Shown: one piece after another, positions 1 to 9,875 of the stretch | Numbering within the stretch: position 1 is the stretch's first letter | Layout: every line of letters starts with the position of its first letter | Assembly: GCA_963822445.1 (NCBI GenBank) | Contig: CAWGHO010000002.1 | Location: 64,001-128,000 of the forward strand | Direction of reading: 5' to 3' | DNA from: an uncultured Acidobacteriota bacterium | Lineage (GTDB): Bacteria; Acidobacteriota; Thermoanaerobaculia; Gp7-AA8 | Length of the DNA: 64,000 nt | Made by a program: the position numbers and the translations under genes | The notes under the pieces: generated by a model | The model's database searches: none | What the model saw: the letters and a program-made list of their open reading frames with translations, nothing else | Told to the model about the DNA's origin: nothing

Positions 1-1
1 G

Positions 2-577
2 ACCGTCAAGGGCGTTCAGGAGAAAACCGTTGGAATCCATCCTGGATCTGCGGTGAAGGCGTTCGCCACGGCTCTGCTGGAGAGCGAAGGGGTCGACATC
101 AAGAAGACACCCATCATCGAGCTCGAGCCGGCCACCATGGCGGCGGCGCTGGTCGCCGGACGCATCGATGCGCTCTACTGCATGGATCCGGTGGCGACGA
201 AGCTCGTCACGGCCAAACAGGCTGACGTGCTCGTGCATAACCCCATCGGCAAGATAGCGGGGTCGCCGGTGCCAATCTCGGGGACGTTGATCGCCTCGAG
301 TTTCGCAAAGAGTCGCGCCAATGACGCGCGTTCCTTCGAAGCGGCCATCGAGAAAGCGATCGACTATATCCGGGATCAGGTTAATCATGCCGAGATGGCC
401 CGGATCGTCGCCAAGTACACGGATGCCACGGCCGAAGACATCCAAAGGGAGCGCGTACCGCAATATTGGAAACGATCGGAAATCGATCGCGCACGGGTGC
501 GAGCCCTTTCGGATCGCTTCCGTGCGCTCGGGATCATCCCTGAGGGTGTATCGGCCGATAGGATGATCATGGAATGA
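2..577 (+). CDS. NitT/TauT (SsuA/NMT1-like) ABC transporter substrate-binding protein, 5' truncated by the window edge
   Basis: Frame is open from base 2 ([16 protein letters not shown]...). Contains '[10 protein letters not shown]...DP' type-2 periplasmic binding motif. Stop overlaps the next ATG (ATGA). Confidence 0.8.
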   Translation, partial: TVKGVQEKTVGIHPGSAVKAFATALLESEGVDIKKTPIIELEPATMAAALVAGRIDALYCMDPVATKLVTAKQADVLVHNPIGKIAGSPVPISGTLIASSFAKSRANDARSFEAAIEKAIDYIRDQVNHAEMARIVAKYTDATAEDIQRERVPQYWKRSEIDRARVRALSDRFRALGIIPEGVSADRMIME

Positions 578-1359
578 CTGTGGCGGAAGGAGGCGACGCT
601 CGCCTCGTCATTTCCGGTTTGTCCAAGCGCTACAGCAACCGCGGAGTCGTCTCTCCCGTCATCGACGACGTCAGCCTCTCCGTCGCGGACGGCGAGGTAG
701 TGAGCATCTTCGGACCGAACGGCTGCGGCAAGTCCACCCTGCTGCACGTCGTGGCCGGCATCACTCCGCACGAAGAGGGCCGGATCTCCATCGCCGGCCA
801 TGGCGACGGCCGCTCGATCGGCATGGTCTTCCAGAATTACGCCGCGTCGCTGATGCCGTGGCGCACCTGCGCGGAAAACATCACCCTGCCGCTAGAAGCC
901 ACGCCGGCGCTGCCGCGAACGGAGCGGTTGCAGCGCCGCCGGGAGCTTCTCGACGATCTCGATCTGGACGTGCCGCTCGAGCTCTATCCCTATCAGATGA
1001 GTGGCGGGCAGAAGCAGTTGTCATGCATCGCTCGGGCACTGATCTTCCGGCCGGTGCTCCTGCTGCTCGACGAGCCATTCGTATCGCTCGACTACCAAAC
1101 CAGGACGTTCCTGCACGCGACCCTGATGAAGATCTGGGGCCGCACGCGCGTGACCACCGTGGTGGTTTCGCACGATATCGACGAGGCGATCTACCTCGCC
1201 CATCGCGTGGTGCTGCTCACCAGTCGCCCCTGCCGTGTGGCGCGTACGTTCGACGTCCCGTTTCCGCATCCGCGGCCGGCTTCGGTCATAAACGATCCGG
1301 CATTCATCAAGCTGCGCCGCGAACTCGCGGCCGCGTTCAGTGAGGTCGCCGCGGCATGA
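574..1359 (+). CDS. NitT/TauT family ABC transporter ATP-binding protein
   Basis: Walker [10 protein letters not shown], signature MSGGQKQ, Walker [17 protein letters not shown] switch, C-terminal PHPRP. Confidence 0.93.
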   Translation: MTVAEGGDARLVISGLSKRYSNRGVVSPVIDDVSLSVADGEVVSIFGPNGCGKSTLLHVVAGITPHEEGRISIAGHGDGRSIGMVFQNYAASLMPWRTCAENITLPLEATPALPRTERLQRRRELLDDLDLDVPLELYPYQMSGGQKQLSCIARALIFRPVLLLLDEPFVSLDYQTRTFLHATLMKIWGRTRVTTVVVSHDIDEAIYLAHRVVLLTSRPCRVARTFDVPFPHPRPASVINDPAFIKLRRELAAAFSEVAAA

Positions 1360-2099
1360 CCTTCTACCGGGTGATCGGCGTGGTGGTGCTGTTCGTAATC
1401 TGGGCCGCGGTCGCTGCTTCGGACTGGGTCTCGCCGATTCTCGTGCCGTCGCCGCTGACTGTGGCCCAGGACGGGTTGGCCCTCGTTTCGGCCGCGCCGA
1501 TCTGGCAAGACCTCGGCCGCACCGCCTATCGCACGCTGCTCTCGTTCGGTATCGCGACACTCGTTGGTGTCCCGCTGGGCATCGCCATGGGTAGCATGCG
1601 CGCGGTATATCTCACCTTAGAATTCTTGGTCGACTTCTTCCGCTCCATTCCGCCACTGGCGCTGTTCCCTCTGTTTCTGCTTTCGTTTGGAATCGGGGAG
1701 GGATCGAAGATCGCGGTGCCCATATACGGCGCAACTCTAGTGGTCATCGTAGCCAGTGCGTACGGCGTCGTGACGGTTTCGCCGCTACGGCGCACGGTGG
1801 GCAAGCTGTTCGGCCTCGACCGGATGCAGGTGCTGACCAAGATCGTCCTGCCTGAGGCCCTGCCACATGTGATTGCCGGGCTGCGGACGGCGCTCTCGCT
1901 GTCGCTCGTGCTCACAGTTGTTGTTGAAATGTTGATCGGGTCGGGCAGCGGTATCGGCAAACGGATCTATGATTACCAACTCCTCTTCGAGACACCTAAT
2001 ATGTATGTCGCTATCGTCCTAACAGGTATCCTCGGATTTGGTCTTAACAAGATCATGGTCCTGATCGAGCAACGCGTGCTCCATTGGACCAGCTCGTGA
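1356..2099 (+). CDS. NitT/TauT family ABC transporter permease
   Basis: Multiple TM helices. Motifs [29 protein letters not shown]. Confidence 0.92.
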   Translation: MTFYRVIGVVVLFVIWAAVAASDWVSPILVPSPLTVAQDGLALVSAAPIWQDLGRTAYRTLLSFGIATLVGVPLGIAMGSMRAVYLTLEFLVDFFRSIPPLALFPLFLLSFGIGEGSKIAVPIYGATLVVIVASAYGVVTVSPLRRTVGKLFGLDRMQVLTKIVLPEALPHVIAGLRTALSLSLVLTVVVEMLIGSGSGIGKRIYDYQLLFETPNMYVAIVLTGILGFGLNKIMVLIEQRVLHWTSS

Positions 2100-3247
2100 T
2101 CCGATTCTCCGTCGGCTACAACTTCGACCCGTTTCTGGCGGCGGAGCTGGCTCGGCTCAACGCGGAGAACGCCGGGACGTCGCGAATCGACGAGGTCTTT
2201 GCCGCCCTCAGTTATGGACCAGCCCCTTCGGCCCGTCCGCAATCGCGCATTCCGCGTCTCTCGTTCGCCGAATTAGCCGCGCACGTGCGGACCGTCGCGG
2301 CGGCGGGCATCTCCTTCAATTACCTGCTGAATACCGATTGGCTTCCGCCGACGCCCGCCGCGCGCGAAGACCTGCGGCTGTTTGTCGGGGAAGTCGTCGA
2401 TGCCGGAGTACGCCGGTTCACGGTAGGAACGCCGCAACTGGCGGCGCTGCTGCGCGAGAATTACGGCGACGTCCACCTGACCCTGTCAATCACATACGGT
2501 ACAGACACGCTCGAGCATCTTCGGAGCGCCGCCGGCTCGGGCATCGACGCGGTCTACCTCGATGGTGTCACCGTCAATCGTGACTTCCCGCTGCTCCGCA
2601 CGCTGGTCGCCGCGTCGCTGTATGAGCCGCGGCTCTACGCGAACCTGAGCTGCATCTCCGGCTGTCCAGTCGTGCGGCAGCACTACAAGCTCTTCGCTCG
2701 GCAGCACGACCGCGGCACGGCGCAGCGCAACGACGCCTTCTTCGCCGGCTGCAGCGCGGTCAAGCTCGGCAATCCGGTGGAGTGGCTGCAGATGCCATGG
2801 ATCCGTCCCGAGGATGTGACGGCGTATGCGGCGGAGGGAGTAACCCACTTTAAGCTCGCGGACAGGCTCGCGCCGACGCCGATCCTGGTGCAGATCGCGG
2901 AGGCCTATCTTTCCCGCCGGTCACCCTCCGATCTCTTCACCATCATCGAGCGCGACGGTGCGAAGTTCTCGCTCGTGGCCGACATTCCGGCTGGCACTAG
3001 GCCGATACGCGTCAGTGCGGATCGCATCCCCGGCGACTTTATCGAGCACTTCCGCTCCGGCGCATGCCGCAGCCGCGATCGGGAGTGCTTGTACTGCGTC
3101 GACGTCGCTCACGACGCGGTGCGGATCGCCCACGGCCTCTCGGGTCTAGTTGTGCCTGAGGCGGTGCGGAGGCATGCGCCGGCGCCGTTGCTGGCGCGCA
3201 TGGTCGGCGAGCAGGAAGCATACTCCGGGTCCACAAGCCGGAGGTAA
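2084..3247 (+). CDS. Peptidase U32 family protein (probable Fe-S-dependent hydroxylase-type enzyme)
   Basis: FNYLLN, NLSCISGCP..H...C, WIRPED..Y...G..FKLADR motifs and a C-terminal CRSRDRECLYC cluster. Confidence 0.8.
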   Translation: MDQLVIRFSVGYNFDPFLAAELARLNAENAGTSRIDEVFAALSYGPAPSARPQSRIPRLSFAELAAHVRTVAAAGISFNYLLNTDWLPPTPAAREDLRLFVGEVVDAGVRRFTVGTPQLAALLRENYGDVHLTLSITYGTDTLEHLRSAAGSGIDAVYLDGVTVNRDFPLLRTLVAASLYEPRLYANLSCISGCPVVRQHYKLFARQHDRGTAQRNDAFFAGCSAVKLGNPVEWLQMPWIRPEDVTAYAAEGVTHFKLADRLAPTPILVQIAEAYLSRRSPSDLFTIIERDGAKFSLVADIPAGTRPIRVSADRIPGDFIEHFRSGACRSRDRECLYCVDVAHDAVRIAHGLSGLVVPEAVRRHAPAPLLARMVGEQEAYSGSTSRR

Positions 3248-3279
3248 CTGCTCGTGCTCGCGCACCTTGCCGACGTTCC

Positions 3280-3955
3280 ATGATGTTCGCGGCCCGTCGG
3301 CCCGACGACCCTGTCCTCTGCACACTTTCGCGCCTTCCGGCCGATGCGATGGCTGAGAACTTGAGATGTGAGGCGAGTGGCACGAAGCGACTCCGCAGCC
3401 TTCTGGAACTCGATTGCGGCGATACTCCAGAACCACTCTTCGCTTTCCAGCCCGGACCTGACGGAGCGCGATCTGCTTGACTGTGCAACGAGCACGCACC
3501 GGCGTCAACCCACACTCAACCTAAGGCTGCAAACCGAGGAAGAGATCGTCGAGATCGTGACGACCGCCAATGAAGGCTGCCTGTCCATTCCGATCCTTGA
3601 GCACCCCAAGGTCGCCATCGTCTCGGCATTTCTGTGAAAATCACAGAGTTTCGGGGTTCGCATCGCGGCGCGAGACGCGCTACGACGGCAGCATCGCCTC
3701 CGTCAGAAGGCCGAGCTGCGGGCTCGCCTCGCCGCAAGCACTGGCAGCGAGGCATGGGTGTACGCCGAGGCACTGACCACGTATGGCGATCCTCATCTTC
3801 TCGCCAGAGAGGATGAGCTTTGTATCTGGCCGGTCTTGGCAGCGGCTCCTCGCACGCTGCGGAAGCTATCCCACAAGTGGCTTGAACGCCGTGCGAAGGC
3901 GATCGAGCGCGAGGCGGAGAGCGAAGATTTCCTTCGCGGACGTAGTGATCAGTAA
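3280..3955 (+). pseudogene. Decayed 3' remnant of a larger, unidentified protein gene
   Basis: ORFs 3368-3637 and 3758-3955 are in the same frame, separated only by TGA 3635-3637, and the intervening sequence is open (KSQSFGVRIAARDALRRQH...). The upstream piece 3280-3480 is in another frame. Confidence 0.45.
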
Positions 3956-4176
3956 TCAGTCTTGCCTATCGCTGCTCGCGCGACGTTAAATTCGATGATC
4001 TGAAGGAACGGTGGTTCGGGACCGATCGGGACCTCATGAAGTGGTCGGCGCTGCTGCGCGGGAAGAGATTTTGAGCGCCGGTGCGAGCAACGACATTCAT
4101 TACCTGACAGAAAGTGCGCGACAGGTACACAGGAAATAAGGCAGCCTGGCAAGTATTGATTACAAATGGTTTACAT

Positions 4177-4252
4177 TGGAGCGGGCGACGGGATTCGAAC
4201 CCGCGACCAAGAGCTTGGGAAGCTCCTACTCTACCAACTGAGCTACGCCCGC
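4177..4252 (-). tRNA. tRNA-Gly(CCC)
   Basis: Reverse complement GCGGGCGTAGCTCAGTTGGTAGAGTAGGAGCTTCCCAAGCTCTTGGTCGCGGGTTCGAATCCCGTCGCCCGCTCCA; 76 nt, encoded CCA. Confidence 0.96.
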
Positions 4253-5058
4253 TCAGGCGAGAGGGCGGATTGTAGCGCGATCCACTCGAACATCAACGGG
4301 CTGGACACCCATTCGATCCGCGGCGCTCGTTTGGCCGTTTCCAGCTCGTCATTCAGGCGGTCGATCTCATCGTCCGGGGCGAGGGCGTAATCGCGCAGAG
4401 TCGGCAGGAGCGAGAGCAGGGCGATGCGCGGGATCTCGTAGCCGGTGGCCGGCGGGTAGTGCACGTGGTAGGCGCGGTGACTGTGCACCTCCAGGCCCGC
4501 GTTCTCCAGGTACGTGCCGCCGCGGCGACCGAAGTCCGTCGTCGCGCCGCGGGCTCGCGCGGCGGCAGTCACCAGTTCCCACACGCGGGTCATTGCCGGG
4601 ACGAAGGGCTCGGAGGTTGGGGCGTGGGACGCGAGGTCCGAGGGCTCGTGGGCGATGAAGACGCCGCCGGGACGGAGCATCGCTGCGGCCCGGCGAACGG
4701 TGGCAAGAGGATCGGGTTGATGAAGCAGGAACAGGCGGCAGTAGACGAGATCCGCGTTCGTGACCGGTGGAGCGATCGTGTTCACATCCCCGTGCACCAG
4801 GCGAACAGAAGGGACGAGTGCACGCGCTCGCTCGAGGGCAGCGGCACTCGCGTCGACGCCGATCACCGTGCCCGACGGTCCGACCACCGAAGACAGCGCG
4901 GAGAGCGCCCCGAGCGGACCACATCCGACATCCACCACCGTCGAGCCTGCTGACACACCCGCGCGCCGGCAGGCGTCGACCACGTAGTCGGATTCTGCGC
5001 TGGCCAGCGCGATCAGTCGCCGGTGTTCCTCGTCGCTCGCAGCCAGGGAGTACGCCAA
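4243..5058 (-). CDS. Class I SAM-dependent methyltransferase
   Basis: VVDVGCGP, IGVDAS, ADLVYCRLFLLH, LRPGG motifs. TTG start inferred (MAYSLAAS), 8 nt downstream of a TAAACT -10 box. Confidence 0.85.
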   Translation of the reverse strand: MAYSLAASDEEHRRLIALASAESDYVVDACRRAGVSAGSTVVDVGCGPLGALSALSSVVGPSGTVIGVDASAAALERARALVPSVRLVHGDVNTIAPPVTNADLVYCRLFLLHQPDPLATVRRAAAMLRPGGVFIAHEPSDLASHAPTSEPFVPAMTRVWELVTAAARARGATTDFGRRGGTYLENAGLEVHSHRAYHVHYPPATGYEIPRIALLSLLPTLRDYALAPDDEIDRLNDELETAKRAPRIEWVSSPLMFEWIALQSALSPERA

Positions 5059-5155
5059 TCGCCGGCAGTTTACGAAGATCGGCTCTCCGTGTGCATGACA
5101 GACCAGCAGAAATACGGCAGAGAGAGAAAAGAGGTTTGCGGATGGCAAGGCCCGA

Positions 5156-5530
5156 ATGACCGGTTCGACACCCCCTCGTGTCCTCGTTGCGGACGACGAG
5201 AGCTCCATACGTTTGCTGGTCAGCCGCGTTCTGAAACGCGCCGGCTTCGACCCCGTGGAAGCAACCGACGGCCAGGATGCGATCGAGCATCTCGATGCCG
5301 GCGACTACGACGTGCTCGTCCTCGACCTGATGATGCCCCGCGTCGACGGTTTCGGCGTCGTCGAGCATCTCATCGAGACCAAGCCGCGGATGATGGAGAA
5401 GACCGTTGTCATGACCGCGTTTCCGAAAGCGGCGGCCAAGGAACGCCTGCATCACCTCTGCTGCATCCTCTCCAAGCCCTTCGAAGTCGCGGAGCTGATC
5501 AGCCTCGTCCGCGAGTGTGCCGCGCGATGA
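5156..5530 (+). CDS. Stand-alone response regulator (receiver domain)
   Basis: VLVADDE, LVLDLMMP..DG, MTA, SKPF. Confidence 0.92.
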   Translation: MTGSTPPRVLVADDESSIRLLVSRVLKRAGFDPVEATDGQDAIEHLDAGDYDVLVLDLMMPRVDGFGVVEHLIETKPRMMEKTVVMTAFPKAAAKERLHHLCCILSKPFEVAELISLVRECAAR

Positions 5531-6594
5531 CCATCACCATTCCCACGGAACCGATCGGCAGCATCCCACGGCCGCTCGAGCTGATCGAAGCAATCTCGAA
5601 GGGCGATGCCGACGATCCGGCGCTCGACGCGCTTTACGACGCGGCCATTCGCGACACGATCGCGCGATTCGAGGCCACCGGCTCGCCGGTGATCACCGAC
5701 GGCGAGCAGCGCAAGTACCACAACTTCTGGACCTACTCCGTCCACGGCCTCGCCAACACGGCGCCGGACGGTTTCAAGATCCCCTTCTCCGCCGGACACA
5801 CGCGCCGCATGCCGCGCCTCGTTTCCGGGCCGTTCCGCTACCGCAGACTCGCCGACAGCTATCTCGACGTCGCCCACCGTTACGCGCGGCTGCCGGTGAA
5901 GCAGGCCGTCATCTCCCCTTCCGCGCTGAGCCTCATGTATCCCGCGGACGGCATCGACGGCTATTCGCGCGATCAGTTCATCGACGATCTCCTCGAGCAG
6001 CACCAGACCGAGATCCGCCGCTGCCTGGCCAAAGGCGCGCACAAGGTGCAGATCGATTTCACCGAGGGGCGGCTGGCGGTGAAGATCGACCCGTCGGGTG
6101 ATCTGTTGACGAGCTTCATCGATCTCAACAACCTCGCCCTTTCGCGCTTCTCCGCCGAAGAGCGCGCGAAGATCGGCGTGCACACCTGCCCCGGCGGCGA
6201 TCGCGACTCCACGCACAGCGCCGAGGTCGACTACGCCGACCTCCTTCCCAGCCTCTTCCAGCTCAAGGTCGGAAACTTCTATATCGCCCTCGCCGGCGAA
6301 AAAGACCGCACGCACGTACTGAAGATGATCCGCAAATACCTGAAGCCGGATCACCGCGTGTTCGTCGGCGTCGTCGCACCGATCGATCCGCACATCGAGA
6401 CGCCGGAAGAAGTGCGCGACCGCGTGCTCGAAGCCGCGGAGTACATCCCCGTCGAGCAGTTGGGAACGACCGACGACTGCGGCTTCTCTCCGTTCAGCGA
6501 CGACACCTCGACGACGCGCGAAACGGCCTTCGCCAAGATCCGCGCCCGCGTCGAAGGAACGAAGCTGGCCTCCGCACGACTCGGAGGCAACTGA
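5527..6594 (+). CDS. Cobalamin-independent methionine synthase II family (MetE C-terminal-domain-only) protein
   Basis: TEPIGSIPRP, ITDGEQRK, GVHTCPG, ETPEEV..R, TDDCGF. ATGA overlap with the receiver gene. Confidence 0.88.
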   Translation: MTITIPTEPIGSIPRPLELIEAISKGDADDPALDALYDAAIRDTIARFEATGSPVITDGEQRKYHNFWTYSVHGLANTAPDGFKIPFSAGHTRRMPRLVSGPFRYRRLADSYLDVAHRYARLPVKQAVISPSALSLMYPADGIDGYSRDQFIDDLLEQHQTEIRRCLAKGAHKVQIDFTEGRLAVKIDPSGDLLTSFIDLNNLALSRFSAEERAKIGVHTCPGGDRDSTHSAEVDYADLLPSLFQLKVGNFYIALAGEKDRTHVLKMIRKYLKPDHRVFVGVVAPIDPHIETPEEVRDRVLEAAEYIPVEQLGTTDDCGFSPFSDDTSTTRETAFAKIRARVEGTKLASARLGGN

Positions 6595-6596
6595 TC

Positions 6597-8276
6597 GTGG
6601 GTCGCCCACCGGACGACGAAGACGACCTGCTTCGCTCCGTCGCCATCCAGAACGCACAGAGCATCCTCCTGGCGCGACAGCGCGCCGAGCACGACCTCGT
6701 CGCGGCGAAGGAGGCGCTCGAAGCGCGGACCGCGGAGCTCGAGCGCGCCAACGAGTTGATTCGCACCATCGCCGAGAACGCCGCGTCCTGCCTGCTCATG
6801 GTCGACGAGCACGGCATCGCCACCTACATGAATCCGGCCGCGATCGACGAGACCGGCTACACGCTGCAGGAGTTCGCGAAGGCGCCCTTTCACGACGTTC
6901 TTCACGCGCCCGCCGACCGCGGCGGCCATGAGCCCGAGTCGTGTCCGATCCGAATGGCCCGCGAGCGCATGCGCCCGCTCAAGAAACATCGCGACGTCTT
7001 CGTGCGCAAGAACGGCACGACCTTCCCCGTCTCCTGCTCCCTGTCACCGCTGCAGCGCGAAGGTCGCGCCGCCGGTGCGGTGCTGGAGTTCCGCGACGTG
7101 AGCGACGAGCTGGCGGCGCAGAAGGCAATGGAGGATGCGAGCCGCCGCAAGGATCAGTTCCTGGCCACGCTTTCCCACGAGCTCCGCACGCCGATGACCG
7201 CCGTCCTCGGATGGGCGCGCATGCTCAAGCTCGGACTGTCCGAAGCGGACGCGCGTCAGGCTGTCGAGGCGATCGAGAAGAGTGCCGAGATTCAGGCGCA
7301 GCTGATCGACGACGTGCTGGACGTCTCACGCGTCGCCGCGGGCAAGATGACCTTTCATCCGGAGCCGATCGACGTCGCTCCGGCGATCCATGCAGCGATG
7401 AGCACTGTCCACCCGGCAGCGGCGGCGAAGGAAATCGAGATTCTCACGAGCATCCCCCCGCATCTCCCGCGCATCCTCGGCGACGAGGGACGTGTGCAGC
7501 AGATCGTCTGGAACCTGCTCTCGAATGCGGTGAAGTTCACGCCGCGCGGCGGCGCGATCACCCTGCGCGTCGTTCACGCCCGCTCCGTGCTGCGGCTGAT
7601 CGTGCAGGACAACGGCAAGGGCATCGAGGCCGGGTATCTGCCGCACGTCTTCGAGCCGTTCAGCCAGGAAGACAGCTCGATGACCCGCTCGCACGAAGGA
7701 ATCGGCCTCGGACTCTCGATCGTCCGCTCGCTGGTCGAGCTGCACGGCGGACGGATTCGCGCGGCCAGCGACGGCGCGGGACATGGCGCGAAATTCACCG
7801 TGGAGCTGCCGGTGCTCGAGTCATCGCTCGCCGTGAAGGGCAGCTCGACGAAAACCACGACCTCGGTCGTTCCACCATCCGGCGGCGCGGAGTTGCCGAA
7901 GCTCAACGGCGTGCGGGTGCTGGTGATCGACGATCAGTCGTTCGCTCGCGATCTGCTCACGGCGATCTTCCGGCGTGCTGATGCCGAGGTACATGCCGCG
8001 AATTCGGTGCGGGAGGCGCTGGAAGAGTTCCACGCGATGGCACCCGACGTCGTGGTCTGCGACCTGGCCATGCCCGATGAAGATGGCTTCGCGTTCGTGA
8101 GGGCCATCCGCGCGTTGCCGGCCGCGCAGAAGATCCCGGTCATCGCCGTGACGGCGTTCGGCCGGCCGGAAGACCGCCGCCGCGCGCTTGCGTCCGGCTT
8201 CGATGAGTATCTGAAGAAGCCGGTGGAGCCGTTCGAGCTGACCGCGACGGTGTTGCGGTTGTCGAAGATCAAGTAG
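6597..8276 (+). CDS. PAS-domain hybrid sensor histidine kinase/response regulator
   Basis: PAS domain, H-box FLATLSHELRTP, N-box NLLSNAVKFT, G-boxes DNGKG and GIGLGL, C-terminal REC (CDLAMPDEDG). Confidence 0.93.
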   Translation: MGRPPDDEDDLLRSVAIQNAQSILLARQRAEHDLVAAKEALEARTAELERANELIRTIAENAASCLLMVDEHGIATYMNPAAIDETGYTLQEFAKAPFHDVLHAPADRGGHEPESCPIRMARERMRPLKKHRDVFVRKNGTTFPVSCSLSPLQREGRAAGAVLEFRDVSDELAAQKAMEDASRRKDQFLATLSHELRTPMTAVLGWARMLKLGLSEADARQAVEAIEKSAEIQAQLIDDVLDVSRVAAGKMTFHPEPIDVAPAIHAAMSTVHPAAAAKEIEILTSIPPHLPRILGDEGRVQQIVWNLLSNAVKFTPRGGAITLRVVHARSVLRLIVQDNGKGIEAGYLPHVFEPFSQEDSSMTRSHEGIGLGLSIVRSLVELHGGRIRAASDGAGHGAKFTVELPVLESSLAVKGSSTKTTTSVVPPSGGAELPKLNGVRVLVIDDQSFARDLLTAIFRRADAEVHAANSVREALEEFHAMAPDVVVCDLAMPDEDGFAFVRAIRALPAAQKIPVIAVTAFGRPEDRRRALASGFDEYLKKPVEPFELTATVLRLSKIK

Positions 8277-8288
8277 GTGTGGTGCACC

Positions 8289-9875
8289 TTAACTTCGTCG
8301 CAACTCCCACGCATGAAACAGTTGCGCGAGCACGAGCATCCCCAGCGCACTCAGCGCATACGCCGCAATCACCGCCGTCGTCGCCGTCCCGAACCAGCCC
8401 GCGAAATCGAGCGCGGGGGAAGTCCCCTTGTCCTGCGTGGCCACGTACCAGAACGTGAGGAAGGCCACGATGAAGGTCTTCGGATTCGAGCTGACGATGC
8501 CGAGCGCTGTCGCCGCGGCACACGTGAACACGAGCCCGACCAGCAGCGCACCAGCCGATGACGGACGAAGAGCGATCGCGCGGGCGAGCGGCAAGCCCAC
8601 GATCGCCAACGCCACGAAGAGCGTGCTGATGAACTTCCACAGCACGAACCGCGTGCGCAGCGACGGCGCGGCGAAGATCAGGGCCATCGTCCCCGCGCGT
8701 TTCTCGCGGCAGGCGATGTCGGCGACGGCGATCGCGCAGACCGCCAATGCGATCGGCAGCACGGCGGTGAACATCGATTGCGAAGCGGCGCTGGACGTCG
8801 CGATCGCGAACACGATCATGGCCACGATCAGGAGCGGAAACGCGGCGATGGTGGTCACCGCGTCGATCGTTGCCGAGCGAATCAACGACGGCTTTCCGCT
8901 GACCGGAATGAGCAACCGCGCCAGGCCGGTGAAGATCCGCGCGAACGGCTTGGCCATCGCGTTGAAACGGCCGATCCAGCTCGTGCGGGCGAGCGTGCCT
9001 GCCGCGCGAAGCCGCGCCGGATCGAAGCGGTGGAAGAAGAGACGCGCGAACACGAGCAGCGACATCGGCCACAGCGTCGCGACGACCCGCTGAATCACCG
9101 ATCGCGCATCGGCCTGTAATCCCGGGAAGACAAACGCCGCCTTCGCCGCGTCGAACGTCGACGACCCGATCGAGAATGAGTCGGTGTTGTAGTAAGTCTT
9201 CATCTGCTCCAGCAGAAAGCCGAGCCCCGAAACGTCAACGTAGGGCGCGACTCCCTTGCCGAAGCGGTTCTCGATCGCCGCGACGCTGCCCATCACTCCG
9301 GCCCATACGAAGAAATAGAGAACGTCGCCGAATTTGGTCCGCAGGATGGGCGTGCATTCGAAGAGGATCGCGATCGCCGAAACGAACACGATCGACGGCG
9401 GCACGAGCAGCAGGTATTGTCTGATGAACACCAGCGGCTCGAGCGGCGCCTCGCCGCGCACTAGCACCATGGCCATGGCCGTGGCCATGAATCCGGCCAT
9501 GAATACGCTGAGGAACACCACGTTCCCCGCGAACTTGCCAACGATGTACTCGCTGCCGCGCATGGTCGTCGAGGCGACGACGTATCCGCATCGCGAGAGC
9601 ACGTCGCGCTTGAGCGCATTCGAGACGACGTAGAACCCGGCCAGGCCGACGAAGATCGTTCCGAGCATTGCCGTGGCCATCCCGATCGCGGCGGAGTTGT
9701 ACAGCGCGCGCTGTCCGTCGATCTGAATGAGCGTGCGGCCCGTCGCCGGATCCGGAATCCAGAGATACGGCAGCGCGGACAACAGGAGAAACACGACCGC
9801 CGTCGATGGACGCCGCAACCGGATCAGGAAGTCCGCTCGAACGACCGCGATCAGACGATGGACGCGCTCGTTCAC
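8289..9875 (-). CDS. ABC-2-type transporter permease-like membrane protein
   Basis: Two multi-TM halves; YIVGKF motif; coupled to the upstream ABC ATPase. Confidence 0.72.
   Translation of the reverse strand: MNERVHRLIAVVRADFLIRLRRPSTAVVFLLLSALPYLWIPDPATGRTLIQIDGQRALYNSAAIGMATAMLGTIFVGLAGFYVVSNALKRDVLSRCGYVVASTTMRGSEYIVGKFAGNVVFLSVFMAGFMATAMAMVLVRGEAPLEPLVFIRQYLLLVPPSIVFVSAIAILFECTPILRTKFGDVLYFFVWAGVMGSVAAIENRFGKGVAPYVDVSGLGFLLEQMKTYYNTDSFSIGSSTFDAAKAAFVFPGLQADARSVIQRVVATLWPMSLLVFARLFFHRFDPARLRAAGTLARTSWIGRFNAMAKPFARIFTGLARLLIPVSGKPSLIRSATIDAVTTIAAFPLLIVAMIVFAIATSSAASQSMFTAVLPIALAVCAIAVADIACREKRAGTMALIFAAPSLRTRFVLWKFISTLFVALAIVGLPLARAIALRPSSAGALLVGLVFTCAAATALGIVSSNPKTFIVAFLTFWYVATQDKGTSPALDFAGWFGTATTAVIAAYALSALGMLVLAQLFHAWELRRS

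Noticed and set aside
3635-3690. In-frame TGA as a selenocysteine codon
   Set aside because: There is no redox-Cys context, and the downstream hairpin is not a convincing bacterial SECIS. The surrounding region is decayed, so a nonsense mutation is simpler.
5023-5526. N-terminal extensions of track ORFs (5023, 12860, 21458, 23092, 26598, 30063, 31680, 33924, 40178, 45808)
   Set aside because: They overlap real neighbouring genes in other frames or precede better-supported starts; stop-poor GC-rich DNA inflates them.
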